DNA from: an uncultured Candidatus Binatia bacterium
Lineage (GTDB): Bacteria > Desulfobacterota > Binatia > Bin18
Direction of reading: 5' to 3'
Length of the DNA stretch: 64,000 nucleotides
NCBI GenBank assembly: GCA_965214605.1
Contig: OZ243961.1
Span: 3,776,001-3,840,000 of the forward strand
A program made the position numbers and the translations under genes. Below, in pieces: positions 44,858 through 55,002 of the stretch (position 1 is the stretch's first letter; the number at the start of each line of letters is the position of its first letter). Below the pieces are notes generated by a model. That model did not search any database. It saw only the letters and a program-made list of their open reading frames with translations, and was not told where the DNA came from.

Positions 44858-45649
44858 TGATTCCGACCGACATGATTCGCCCGGCGTCGGGCACCCAGGG
44901 TGCATCGGTTTGGCTTGCGAAGTCTGGCAAAGCTGAGCAGCTTTTGCCTGCTCGGCCGATGACCCGAGCTCACCGAACACCCGAACCTGTGACAAATCTG
45001 CCCGGGCCAGGTTTGCCGAGAGGGACCAAACCGAACGCGCTACCCTCTCCGGTGTGATAGCCCTAATGATTGTTAATGATATTTGACAAAGATTGACGAA
45101 TGACAACACAGGGCTCTTGCTGCCCTTGCTTGAAGCGACGGATGAAGACGATCAGTCGTCGGGGCCCATAATCCGGGAAGAGGCCGCAGTCAAAACAATG
45201 TCGGCGCACGGGTCGTCCGCGATCTCAGGACATGCAGCCAAATCTATTCTTGAAGCCGATCTTGAGGAAGCGGACGGCATGCACAGCCCTATCTCGGTCG
45301 GTTTTCGCGTCGAAAGCCATTAGGCCTTTGTCGCTGAGATATTCGAGAGGCCGGCGAGCTTGGAGATGATTGACGAACTGCAAACATTCCTGGGAACCGC
45401 AACGCAGGGGAATACCCGCAGACGGCTTCTCGACCGTGGAAAGGCCTAGGTGATCATACGGCGAGCGGGGCAATTCCCCGACGACGCGCCGAGACGCTCG
45501 ACATGGACCTTTCCGAGTACGGCTTTTCTTTGCTGCGGGCCTCTCTCACGCTGCCCGAGCGTGAAGGGAATGACTATATATGTCTGGCGGGACGGATTTC
45601 TCAAGGCCGGAAATGGCCCTCGTGCGCAACGGCTGCCCGTTGCTGTTAC

Positions 45650-46150
45650 TCAAGGATGCGGACGCGTGCTGGACTGTCAAGCATGGTGTGGTGGACTATG
45701 GCTACAAGACTTACGGCAGCGTGGACCGGGAGTTTGGACTCGTCCGAGGGGGGTGAGGTACCCGATGCGGCGTGTCACGACAGCCGGCTATTTGAACCGG
45801 TGTTGGATGAGACGCGTACCGGCGGGGAGGCGTGGGCGGACAGCGCCTATCAGAGTCGAGAGCGGGAACGGTTGCCTGGCTATAAGTAAGGAGGGCACGG
45901 TCGGATTCACCGCAGAGTTCACCGGAACCGGCCGCTGAGTGCTCGGTTCCGGCAGTCCGAGCGCAAGCGTTCGAAGAGACGCGCTGTGGTGGAACATGTC
46001 TTTGCTCAGCAAGAAGTGGCGGGTGGCGGTGAGTCGAGACCGTTGGCTTGTCGCGAGCCTGGGTCAAAATCGGCATGATGAATCTGGTGTACAACCTGCG
46101 CCGGCTCGCGTGGCTCAAGGCGAATCGCCCTCCGGTTTATCGGTATACCG
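45650..46150 (+). mobile_element. Degenerate IS5-family transposase remnant
   Basis: Fragments across frames: KHGVVDYGYK, HDSRLFEPVLD, WADSAY, RAVVEHVFAQ, NLVYNLRRL; multiple frameshifts; TIRs not identified. Confidence 0.75.
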
Positions 46151-46385
46151 TAAATTGAAGTTCAAGAAGGGAGGCATTTCGTCCTGGAATCGAGGAATTG
46201 ATTGACAGACCGAGCCGCTTGGGTTACATTTCTTGCCATCAGCTGTGCCTGAATCGCTCCTGCGTTCTGGTCGCGACAACACGAATCCCGGTAGACCGCA
46301 CTATCGGCGATTTGCATCTCCCGCCAGAGTCAGGCAACTTTGAGAACCTCCCGCAAGAGAATGGTCAAAAGCAGGGAGTCCCCGG

Positions 46386-46620
46386 TTGACCGCTGAAATA
46401 CTTATCCGCGACGGACAAGTCCTGACCGGGCCACTGTTCAGCGAGCTGATGCGGGTGGAGACCGTTCGCTCGAACGGGCCCGGCATCTGGGTTGCGGGAC
46501 TCGTCGGTCAGCGTTCCAAGCGGTTCCGCCGGGTGATGCTGACCTTGGACGACATCTCGAATCTGATCATCGTCGACTCCGCGCTCTCCTACCAACGGCG
46601 ACGGCCGACATCGCCTCCCG
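46386..46620 (+). pseudogene. N-terminal relic of an SNF2-type helicase (DUF1156/DUF499-associated)
   Basis: GQVLTGPLFSELMRVETVRSNGPGIWVAGLVG...RFRRVMLT resembles the N-terminus of these helicases; helicase core absent. Confidence 0.55.
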
Positions 46621-46801
46621 CTTCCGTGCTCCGCCTATGTGCGGCTGCTCTCGGTCAACAGCATGCGCCCTCAAGACGAAGCTAAAGCCGGGATGGGCGG
46701 TCGGCTCGTCAATCGCGGGTGTGGGGCGGGCTCAGCTTCGGGATTGGCCCCACAGTCGAAGGCCGCCTTGCCGGATGAAGTTACAACCGGAGGCTATATC
46801 G

Positions 46802-47188
46802 ATGGAGGCAAAACTCAAACATCTTGAATTCATTCAGGGCGTGATCAACCGCCTCGCCACCGATTCGTTCCGCATGAAGGGATGGGCTGTGGTCCTGGTC
46901 TCCGCCCTTCTACTCCTGCTGGCGAGGGAAGGGCGCCTGGAGTTCACCTGGATCGGTTTCACCCCGGTGCTCGCCTTCTGGGGCCTCGATGGCTATTTCC
47001 TGTGGCAGGAACGGCTGTTCCGAGACTTGTATGATCACGTCCGAGCGCTGGGCAAAAACGATATAGATTTCTCGATGGACGCCAGCGTCTTCAAAAGAAC
47101 CTGGTTGGCTGCGACGTTTTCCATCACGCTGGTCCCCTTCTATACCGCGTTGGCTCTCTCCGTCTGCCTTGCGATGATCATCGGCTAA
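46802..47188 (+). CDS. Small 3-TM membrane protein of defence-island type
   Basis: GGAGG RBS; KHLEFIQGVINRLATDSFRMKGW...FWGLDGYFLWQERLFRDLY...DFSM; intact ORF. Confidence 0.75.
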   Translation: MEAKLKHLEFIQGVINRLATDSFRMKGWAVVLVSALLLLLAREGRLEFTWIGFTPVLAFWGLDGYFLWQERLFRDLYDHVRALGKNDIDFSMDASVFKRTWLAATFSITLVPFYTALALSVCLAMIIG

Positions 47189-47210
47189 CCTCATTCAAGG
47201 AGGTCTGCTC

Positions 47211-48012
47211 AATGATGAGGGCCACCGGACCGGCGGGGCACGGATAACGGCGGTGGTAACGCTTCGGCCGGGCGAAAAGGGGCGGCATTACCGGCTGCCG
47301 TCCGAGGCGGACTACGCGGCGGCCAAGAGCGATGCGCCGAGACCCTCGACGAATGGGAACGCGGAGGCAGGCAGGGGCTCTGCCCGCTACCGGACGAGCC
47401 GACGCCTGTGGGAGGTGGTTCGGGAGCTGGACGCACCTTCAGCACGGCATGCTCTGGTGGGACAACCTGTTCACGGCGCGGCAGAAGGCGACGTTGGTGA
47501 GTGTCATGATGCTCGTGGATCAATTGGAGAAGGACTGTTGCCGCGAGAAGAATGGCATTGTCACTAGGCGACGACACTGCAACACGCTGACTCAGTGGCA
47601 GGAGTGAGATCGTAGCTGACGCCTTTAGTATGCAAATTCTCCCTAATGTCTTGGGATTTTCCCGAGATGCATCCGCCGGTACCGTATGCCGGTGGTCTTT
47701 TCGACGCGATTGATGGAGTTGCAGAAACAACGTCATTGATTCGCATGCCCCTTAGTCAATCAGGACAATCTGAGACCATCGACGCCGTCAGACATCCTCA
47801 TTCCTGACCAGACTGCCAGAGTCTGGTTCACCGATCCGCTCTACTACGACGCCGTTCCCTATGCCGTTCCGACTTCTTCCTAGTCTGGCACAAGCGAACA
47901 CTGCCGGGTAATCCCCTCTTGCGGGATCCCTTCGATCTGCAGAGCTCTCTCTTACAGAAGAACGCGCAGGCCGTTCGGGACAAAACCAAGCGTTGTCGAT
48001 GGCCGGCCAAAG
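47211..48012 (+). pseudogene. Fragmented DUF1156-type adenine DNA methyltransferase
   Basis: Fragments across frames: AVVTLRPGEKGRHYRLP, LPDEP, GMLWWDNLFTARQK, FSMQILPNVWDFPE, WFTDPLYYDAVPYA, SDFFLVW. Confidence 0.75.
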
Positions 48013-48336
48013 GTATCACGCCCCTCCTATCCACCGACGATCTGCCCCACTCCAAAGATCTTCCGCGTTCCGAGATGCGCAACAAGAGCGCCCTCGTCCA
48101 TGTGGTTGCAGAATCGGCCCGGGTCCATGATCTTCTTTAGGTGTACTTTCGCTTCTCTGAGAGATGCCTTGTATTGAGGCCAAAGACCATAGCCTCTGGG
48201 ACCATTCAGCATAACAGCCCACATGAGACACAGAGATCCACGTAAGTACGCTCTCCGCCGCCGGCCGTCTGCAGCCAGAGAGTTTTTCCCTTGATATCCA
48301 CCGATTTTCTCCTTGTCCAAACTACCAAGGGGGTGT

Positions 48337-49650
48337 TCAAGCCAGCAGCCGCCTGCCGGTATAGATCAGGCTGAAAACGCTCAGAAAGATAATCCCAATA
48401 ATGCCCAGCAGCCGAAGCCAATCCGGCGGTCGAGCGTTTTTGGGCATAGACCTGCCAACCACCAGCTTGTAGTTGGCGGCGGCCAGAATCGGGGCGACCA
48501 GAAACGATATGATCGTTGCCAGATCAACTAGGGTAGTAAAACTGGTCAGAAACTGGGCGATCATCCAATAGGCACCAACAGCGCTAACAATCACCCACAG
48601 ATTATACATCCGCCGACTCTTTTGACCGGTAAAAAACAACAGCGCACACGTCCGTTCCATCGCCCGTGCATAGCCGTCAAGCACGGCTAGGGTGGTGCTG
48701 AACATGACCGAAAAGGCTGACGCGGCAATAATAATATAGCTCCAGTCGCCCAGCGTTGCGGTGTAGAGCTGTACGACCTGGTTGGTGAATTGAGTGCCGC
48801 TCTGATGGGAGAATGACTGCCCTGAACCGTACATGATGAATGCGCCCAGGGTCATAAAACACACCGCCAGAAAGGCGGTCATGATATAGCCGAGCTTAAA
48901 GTCGAGCAGGGTTTCGTTCATACTTGGCCGATAGTTGGTCTGCTTGATGCGCTCCAGAGTCCACAGGCTGTTCCAGGCCGACAGATCAACCGGGGCTGGC
49001 ATCCAGCCCATCAGCGCGATCAGAAACGCGAAACCCGAGGCCGTCCAGATTTCGGACGAATAGAGGGGAACCGACACGACCGGTCCACGCGTCAGCGTCA
49101 GGATGAAGGCGACAATCGTGGAGACAAACAGGACGACACAGATAATCTTGATGAGATTGTCGAGTAGACTGTACTCTCCGATTAAGAGGACCCCGATACA
49201 CAGAGCTAGCAGAAACAGGGCAGTGGTTGCGGCTGAAATGTCCAAACCTAAAAGATTATTCAACAGTCCGGCGGTAGTGAAGCCAATAGCCGCGTTAATG
49301 ATAAACAGCGGCGCAATAGTAATCAGCAGATACACATACAGCATCCATTTGCCGAGGCGTAGGTAGCCGTCTATCAGACTCTCACCAGTGGCGTTGGTAT
49401 AGCGTGAGGCAGCCTCAAAGGCCGGATATTTGAGCAGATTGGCCACGACGATTGCCCACAGCAGGGCATAGCCGTAGCTGGCCCCGGCCCGTGTTGACTG
49501 AACAAGATGGGAGACGCCTATTGCGGTACTGGCGAACAGTAGTCCCGGACCGAGGGTTTTGAGAAAACGAACGAAGCTGGTATCGGCTTGGGCCGGGCTG
49601 CTCTCAGCCGGCACTGTCCAGCTGGCCGGGGGGGATTCGGTCGTGCTCAT
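48337..49650 (-). CDS. Nramp-like divalent cation/solute transporter
   Basis: LGPGLLFASTAIGVSHLVQSTRAGA, TGESLIDGY, LMGWMPAP, MFSTTL; about 11 TM segments. Confidence 0.82.
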   Translation of the reverse strand: MSTTESPPASWTVPAESSPAQADTSFVRFLKTLGPGLLFASTAIGVSHLVQSTRAGASYGYALLWAIVVANLLKYPAFEAASRYTNATGESLIDGYLRLGKWMLYVYLLITIAPLFIINAAIGFTTAGLLNNLLGLDISAATTALFLLALCIGVLLIGEYSLLDNLIKIICVVLFVSTIVAFILTLTRGPVVSVPLYSSEIWTASGFAFLIALMGWMPAPVDLSAWNSLWTLERIKQTNYRPSMNETLLDFKLGYIMTAFLAVCFMTLGAFIMYGSGQSFSHQSGTQFTNQVVQLYTATLGDWSYIIIAASAFSVMFSTTLAVLDGYARAMERTCALLFFTGQKSRRMYNLWVIVSAVGAYWMIAQFLTSFTTLVDLATIISFLVAPILAAANYKLVVGRSMPKNARPPDWLRLLGIIGIIFLSVFSLIYTGRRLLA

Positions 49651-49846
49651 CGATACAGGGGGCTTTCCTGAGGTCTAATGCCCTGGGAGACGTGTTGCAC
49701 GGCCGGCAGAAGTTTGCGGTATTCCTGGAGGTCTGCTATAGCCATATCCATATCCTTCAACCACGGCTCACTTCGGTGTGTCAAGGATATCACACGTTGA
49801 CTCGCTAGACAGCTCAGGGCACGGATGTGGAGAGCGGGACCCCTCC

Positions 49847-51184
49847 ATGGACATCACCGACATTTTGCACACCGTTCCCGACTACCAAGAGTTTTTCTTA
49901 CCTGACGAGCTGCATGACAACTCGGTGCAACTCGTCGAGAAATTTCCAGATCTGGCCCAACTGTGTCAAATCGGTAGATCTACGGATGGACGACCGATTG
50001 AAGTCCTGACCATCGGCCACGGCTCGCGGACGGCCCTGCTGTTCGGGGTGCCCCATCCTAATGAGCCGATCGGAACGCTCAGCCTCGACTTTTTGAGTCG
50101 CGCGCTGTGCGAGTACCACGATATACGTCAGCAGCTTGATACGACTTTTCTGATCGTCAAAGTGATTGATCCCGATGGGCTGGCACTCAACGCCGGTTGG
50201 CTCAAAGGCGCTTTCTCTCCGCTCCGCTATGCGCTGAACTATTACCGGCCGACCCAGAGCGAACAGGTTGAGTGGAGCTTTCCTATTGACTATAAGACCT
50301 TGCACTTTTCTACTCCGTCGGCCGAGACCCAGGTCCTGATGCGCTTGATGGAGGATTATCGTCCCGACTTTTGTTACTCCCTGCATAATGCCAGTTTTTG
50401 CGGCGTATATTTCTACGCCTCGCGATGTTTGTCGGCCCTGTTCCAGCAGTTTCACCAGCTCGTGGTGGCCCAAGGGCTGGATCTCCATCAGGGCGAGCCT
50501 GAAGTCCCCTATATCCGGCCCTGGACGCAAGCGGTGTATCCGTTTTTCAGCGTCCGCGACAGCTACGATTATATGCGCAAAAACTTCGGGGGAGATCCGG
50601 CTGAGTATATTCTGACCGGGACTAGCTCGGCCGACTATCTGCAAGGCCGGGTGCCCAACGCCCTGACGCTGGTATGTGAGCTGCCGTATTTCACCGCTCC
50701 GGCCCTGGCTGACAGCTCTCCGAGTGGGCGGTCACGGCGTGAGGCACTGCTTGAGGGCATGCGGCGTACGCAAGAGACCGTCAGGCTGATTGAGACCCAT
50801 TTCTCAGCTTTAAAGGAAAAAATCCCCGCCAATCGGCTGTCTCGCTCAGTGGCTGATTATATTCGACGGACTCCGAAACGACTGGCCGCCCAGCTGAAAC
50901 AGATCCAAGATCCGGCCTATGCCGAAGAGGCCACTACAGCCCAGGCGTTTGACGTGTTGGTGTGCCGCAATTTACACCCCGCCCTCTATCTGGGCCAGGT
51001 CTACCGGCTGGCCAAAGAGGCCGGTGAGCGGGCGCGGGCAAATGAAATCCGGGCCCAGATCGAAGAGCGGATACGCCAAATTGAGGCCGAGAGCGATATT
51101 GTGATGCTACCACTCAAGAAGCTAGTCGCAGTCCAAGTCGGCAGTGGCCTCTTGGCTCTGCAGGCCCAAAGGGGATCGGGGTGA
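49847..51184 (+). CDS. M14-family zinc carboxypeptidase-like protein
   Basis: IGRSTDGRPI, HPNE (HxxE), DPDG, PSAETQ, SLHN, CELPY. Confidence 0.82.
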   Translation: MDITDILHTVPDYQEFFLPDELHDNSVQLVEKFPDLAQLCQIGRSTDGRPIEVLTIGHGSRTALLFGVPHPNEPIGTLSLDFLSRALCEYHDIRQQLDTTFLIVKVIDPDGLALNAGWLKGAFSPLRYALNYYRPTQSEQVEWSFPIDYKTLHFSTPSAETQVLMRLMEDYRPDFCYSLHNASFCGVYFYASRCLSALFQQFHQLVVAQGLDLHQGEPEVPYIRPWTQAVYPFFSVRDSYDYMRKNFGGDPAEYILTGTSSADYLQGRVPNALTLVCELPYFTAPALADSSPSGRSRREALLEGMRRTQETVRLIETHFSALKEKIPANRLSRSVADYIRRTPKRLAAQLKQIQDPAYAEEATTAQAFDVLVCRNLHPALYLGQVYRLAKEAGERARANEIRAQIEERIRQIEAESDIVMLPLKKLVAVQVGSGLLALQAQRGSG

Positions 51185-51189
51185 GGTCC

Positions 51190-51783
51190 TCATTTAGAAA
51201 ACAGCTGAAATAGACGCTGCCCAATCAGGCCGATAATCGGCGGAAAAAGCAGGCTCGGAATCGCCCGGGCAGCCACAAACGGCCAGCCTAAGAAGGGCAC
51301 CTCCCAACTAAACAGTCGGGTCGGTGAAAGCAGGGCCTTGGCCGTAATGAAGGCGAGCAGGGGGCCAACGGCGACACCTTGCTTGAGGAGTGCGGCGGCG
51401 ATTGGAAACACCACATAGGGACCGCCTGGCATGAGCAGACCGATCAGCCAGCCAATCAAGACGCCGCGAAACCCGGCCTGCTCGCCCATCCACTTAACGA
51501 GCAGTTCGCGGGGAACCAAGACATTAAAAAATCCCGCTAAACAAAACCCTAGCAGCAGCGGTAGCCATACGCCTCGGAACAAGTCCAGGCTGGCTTGCAC
51601 GCCCTTGAGCGGTAGATCTGGTCCTTTGACAAATGCCCAGCCTACCAGGGCCAGGGTCAGCCCGCCCATGATAATAACAGCGGAGTCCACGCCTTGTTTC
51701 CCCTTTGGCCCACCAGGTTTACCGCTGGGCTTAGCCGGTGAATCGGATGACTGCGAGGTGTCGGGTTGTGAATTGTCACTCAT
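51190..51783 (-). CDS. Small predicted permease (DUF318/ArsP-like half), coupled to pqqE
   Basis: Hydrophobic 4-5 TM protein with WMGEQAG and PGGPYVVFP; ATGA overlap with the pqqE stop. Confidence 0.72.
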   Translation of the reverse strand: MSDNSQPDTSQSSDSPAKPSGKPGGPKGKQGVDSAVIIMGGLTLALVGWAFVKGPDLPLKGVQASLDLFRGVWLPLLLGFCLAGFFNVLVPRELLVKWMGEQAGFRGVLIGWLIGLLMPGGPYVVFPIAAALLKQGVAVGPLLAFITAKALLSPTRLFSWEVPFLGWPFVAARAIPSLLFPPIIGLIGQRLFQLFSK

Positions 51784-52883
51784 GAGAGAGCCGACAAACG
51801 CTGGCTGTTTTTTACGTTGCGGTAGATCAGACTCGGTTGGTCTTCTATCGGCTGGGCTGCGGCCTGCACCACCACCTCATGTCGCGGGGAGAGTTTACAC
51901 ACCGGGTCGGTTGCCGCGGCGTCGCCGGTCAGCAGAAATGCCTGACACCGACACCCGCCAAAATCCTCCTCTTTGCGCGGACAGCTGCGACACGGCTCCT
52001 GCATCCAGTCATAGCCGCGAAAGGCGTTCAGCCCAGGCGAATCAAGCCAGATTTCGGTCAGCGGCCGGTTCTTAACACTCTCAAACCGCAGTTGCTCAAT
52101 CGCGTGTGCGGCGTGGCAGGGGAGGACTTCGCCGATTGGCGTGATGCACATATAGCTGCGGGCCCAGCCGCCCGAACAGGCTTTGGGTGCGTCTTCATAG
52201 TAGTCGATTTTGACAAAGGCAATCTCCATCGTGCCTTGGTACTTTTTCCGTGCTTCCCGTGCGATGGCCTCGGCGCGTTCGTATTTGTCAAGGGACGGTA
52301 GCAGGGCACGGCGATTTTCAAACGCCCAGGCGTAGTACTGGGCATTGGCCAGCTCAATCCGCTGAGCGCCAAGCTCGCCCGCCTGGTCAATCAACTCGGG
52401 CACCCGTTCGATGTTCAGATTGTGCAGGACAACGTTAATCGTCAGCGGGTAGCCGAGCCGTTTAATGAGCCGGGCGACCTCGAGTTTCTTGTCGTACGAT
52501 CTGAGGCCGGCCACCAACTCGGCCGGCCCACGCTCGGTGTCCTGGAGGCTGAGCTGAATATGCTCCAGACCGCAGTCGTGAAATTCTTTCAACTTCTCCT
52601 CGTTCAGCAGCGTCCCGCTGGTGATCAGGTTCGTGTACAGGTCACACTCCCGGGCGTGCCGAATCAGGGCCGGAATATCGTTGCGGACCAGCGGCTCGCC
52701 GCCCGACAGGTGGACTTGGACAACGCCCAGCTCAGCTGCGTCCGTAAACGTTTGGCACCACTGCTCGGTGCTGAGTTCGCCTTGCATGGCGTGGAACTCA
52801 AGCGGGTTGGAACAATATAGACACTTGAGCGGACAGCGGTAGGTCAGTTCGGCGACTAGGGTATAGGGGCGCGGGGCAGACAT
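51780..52883 (-). CDS. pqqE: PQQ biosynthesis radical SAM protein
   Basis: AELTYRCPLKCLYCSNP (CxxxCxxC), SGGEP, QYYAWA, SPASM cysteines, DFGGCRCQA. Confidence 0.96.
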   Translation of the reverse strand: MSAPRPYTLVAELTYRCPLKCLYCSNPLEFHAMQGELSTEQWCQTFTDAAELGVVQVHLSGGEPLVRNDIPALIRHARECDLYTNLITSGTLLNEEKLKEFHDCGLEHIQLSLQDTERGPAELVAGLRSYDKKLEVARLIKRLGYPLTINVVLHNLNIERVPELIDQAGELGAQRIELANAQYYAWAFENRRALLPSLDKYERAEAIAREARKKYQGTMEIAFVKIDYYEDAPKACSGGWARSYMCITPIGEVLPCHAAHAIEQLRFESVKNRPLTEIWLDSPGLNAFRGYDWMQEPCRSCPRKEEDFGGCRCQAFLLTGDAAATDPVCKLSPRHEVVVQAAAQPIEDQPSLIYRNVKNSQRLSALS

Positions 52884-53165
52884 CTAGACCTCCAGTAGCC
52901 CGCGGGCACGGATGCGGGTCAACAGCTGCTTGACATTGTCTTCAACCACCTGGCGGTCGGCGGCAGAGAACTTTTTCAGCAGGACGTCGACGATCTGGGC
53001 CACGGTCCGTTCGCCGTCACACAGCTTGAGCACCTCGGTTGCGGTGGCGTTCAGCTTGAGGGCGGCTTCGGGAAACATCAGCATGTGTTGCTGCTCGATC
53101 TTATCCCACCGTAGCCGGGCTTTTGCGGCCAGCCGGGGGCGCCAGGTTTCTTGCGGGTCAGCCAT
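52884..53165 (-). CDS. pqqD: PQQ biosynthesis peptide chaperone
   Basis: LMFPE..LNATATEVLKLCDGERTV; between pqqC and pqqE. Confidence 0.92.
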   Translation of the reverse strand: MADPQETWRPRLAAKARLRWDKIEQQHMLMFPEAALKLNATATEVLKLCDGERTVAQIVDVLLKKFSAADRQVVEDNVKQLLTRIRARGLLEV

Positions 53166-53188
53166 ACGCCTGCCTCTGAATATCGGCG

Positions 53189-53920
53189 TCATTCTCCCCA
53201 CAGCGGCGGCAGCAAGCCAGGGGAGACATATGCAAAGTGAACGGCATCAAGGAGGCCCCACAGGATATGACACTTGGTTTTGAGGGCCAGGACGGCCTGC
53301 TCCTGCTGTTCGCGCGTTCTGCACTCTTGCATCACATACTCAAGGCCAAATTCAACGTCGCGCGGTGCCTGGCTCAGGCGGGCTCGAAAATACTCCAAGC
53401 CCTGCTGTTCGACCCATGGATAGTGCTCCTCAAAGGCCGGCAGGCGTCTGGCCATCAGCGTCGGGGCGAATAGTTCGGTCAACGACGAGGCAACGGCCTC
53501 CATCAGGGAGTGGTCTTTGACATAGGTCAGATAGGCGTCGACTGCAAAGCGCACGCCGGGCAGCACATAGCGCAGGTCGATCATGTCTTGCCGCTGAAGC
53601 CCGGCCGCTTCGCCTAGGACCAGCCATTTATGAATCCCGCCGTCGGGATTGTCGGTCGTGCCGTCGTGATCGAGGATGCGCTGAATCCAGGCCCGCCGCA
53701 CCGCCGGGTCCTCAATGCGGGCCATAATGGCGGCGTCTTTTTTGGGAATGATCGTCTGGTAGTAGAAACGGTTCTCAATCCAGGCCTGGAGCTGACGCTT
53801 GGTCAGCTTGCCTTTGTGCATCAGGACATGAAACGGATGCTTATCGTGGTAGCCGGCTTCGCCCACCGCGCGTAAGTGCTCGATGAATTCTTCCCGGCTC
53901 CACGTTTGTGTTGCGTTCAC
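53189..53920 (-). CDS. pqqC: PQQ synthase
   Basis: [49 protein letters not shown]. Confidence 0.96.
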   Translation of the reverse strand: MNATQTWSREEFIEHLRAVGEAGYHDKHPFHVLMHKGKLTKRQLQAWIENRFYYQTIIPKKDAAIMARIEDPAVRRAWIQRILDHDGTTDNPDGGIHKWLVLGEAAGLQRQDMIDLRYVLPGVRFAVDAYLTYVKDHSLMEAVASSLTELFAPTLMARRLPAFEEHYPWVEQQGLEYFRARLSQAPRDVEFGLEYVMQECRTREQQEQAVLALKTKCHILWGLLDAVHFAYVSPGLLPPLWGE

Positions 53921-53922
53921 GG

Positions 53923-54843
53923 CTACACCTCAAAGTCCATCCCATCGAAGGCTACCTCCCAGCCGGCCGCTTCAACGGCCCGCCGTTGAGCCGAGTCCTC
54001 GATGAGTACAGGGTTGGTATTGTTCAGATGGGTATAGATCTTACGGACATTGCCCAAGGTGGCCAGCTGTTCGAGACTGCCCTCCGGTCCCGTCATCGGG
54101 ATGTGACCCATTGACAGTGATGTCTTTTGGGCCAGGCCGACACTGATCATTTCGTCGTCGGTCCAACACGTACCATCTAGGAAGAAGGTATCACAGTTCT
54201 GGAGGTAGGGCAGTACGCTGTCGTCCAGGGCCTTAATGCCTGGCACATAGACCAGCGAACGACCGCTGTGGTGGTCGATAATTTTGTAGCCGACCGACGC
54301 TTCGCTCCAGTCCGACACGCGGCCCAACAGATAGGCAGGCGCTCGGCCAGGAACGACAAAAGCTTCATAGCTCAGTCCGCTCGGTTTGCCATCGACCCCG
54401 ATAAGAGCATGAGCAGCGCTGTACTCGAGACTGTGCCACATACAGCGTGGAGGGGCACACACCGTCCGAAACATGGCGTTCGTCTCCAGCAGCCAACCCT
54501 GGACTTGGCGGCTGGCGTAGAGGCTGAGGGGCTGTGACTCTCTGAGCGATAGCAGACCGGCGACGTGGTCAATTTCGGCGTTTGTTAACAGAACGGCAGA
54601 GATGGGCGTATGACGCGGGCTGCGGATAGGCTCAAGAGCGGGGAAAGTCTGAATCTGCTGACGGATATCGGGGCCGGCATTGATAAGATACCAGGCCTTA
54701 CCGTCTGCGCTGACGGCGATCGAGGCTTGGGTTCTGGCTTGGGCCTTGACTGTGCCGGCCCGGAAATTGTGACAGTTTGGGCAGTTACAATTCCATTGGG
54801 GAAAGCCGCCTCCGGCCCCAGAGCCTAGGACGTGGACCCGCAC
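53923..54843 (-). CDS. pqqB: PQQ biosynthesis protein B
   Basis: [43 protein letters not shown]. Confidence 0.96.
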   Translation of the reverse strand: MRVHVLGSGAGGGFPQWNCNCPNCHNFRAGTVKAQARTQASIAVSADGKAWYLINAGPDIRQQIQTFPALEPIRSPRHTPISAVLLTNAEIDHVAGLLSLRESQPLSLYASRQVQGWLLETNAMFRTVCAPPRCMWHSLEYSAAHALIGVDGKPSGLSYEAFVVPGRAPAYLLGRVSDWSEASVGYKIIDHHSGRSLVYVPGIKALDDSVLPYLQNCDTFFLDGTCWTDDEMISVGLAQKTSLSMGHIPMTGPEGSLEQLATLGNVRKIYTHLNNTNPVLIEDSAQRRAVEAAGWEVAFDGMDFEV

Positions 54844-54865
54844 ACGCTCTTCCTTCCCATAGATA

Positions 54866-54900
54866 CAAAAACGGGCTTCTCCCTAGCTGGGGAAGCCCGC
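54866..54900 (-). terminator. Intrinsic terminator/attenuator between pqqA and pqqB
   Basis: Minus strand gcgggcttcccc-agct-agggagaagcccgt forms a stem-loop followed by a T run. Confidence 0.75.
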
Positions 54901-54924
54901 TTGCAGCAAGTTGACTGCTAAAAT

Positions 54925-55002
54925 CTACTCCGAGATCAAGATGTACATGCTCACTTCAGCGTCCATCCGAACTTCTTCAAAATCAGGCATCGTCCATTCC
55001 AC
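54925..55002 (-). CDS. pqqA: PQQ precursor peptide (25 aa; absent from the ORF track)
   Basis: AAGGAGG RBS, GTG start, MEWTMPDFEEVRMDAEVSMYILISE with W-x-x-P and E-x3-Y (EVSMY); directly upstream of pqqB. Confidence 0.93.
   Translation of the reverse strand: MEWTMPDFEEVRMDAEVSMYILISE

Noticed and set aside
45060-45480. Short ORFs at the left edge of the third island
   Set aside because: No recognisable family or consistent frame; probably an unidentifiable relic.
49651-49846. yybP-ykoY manganese riboswitch upstream of the Nramp-like gene
   Set aside because: The conserved GGGGAGTA/ACATAC-type elements are not present on the minus strand.
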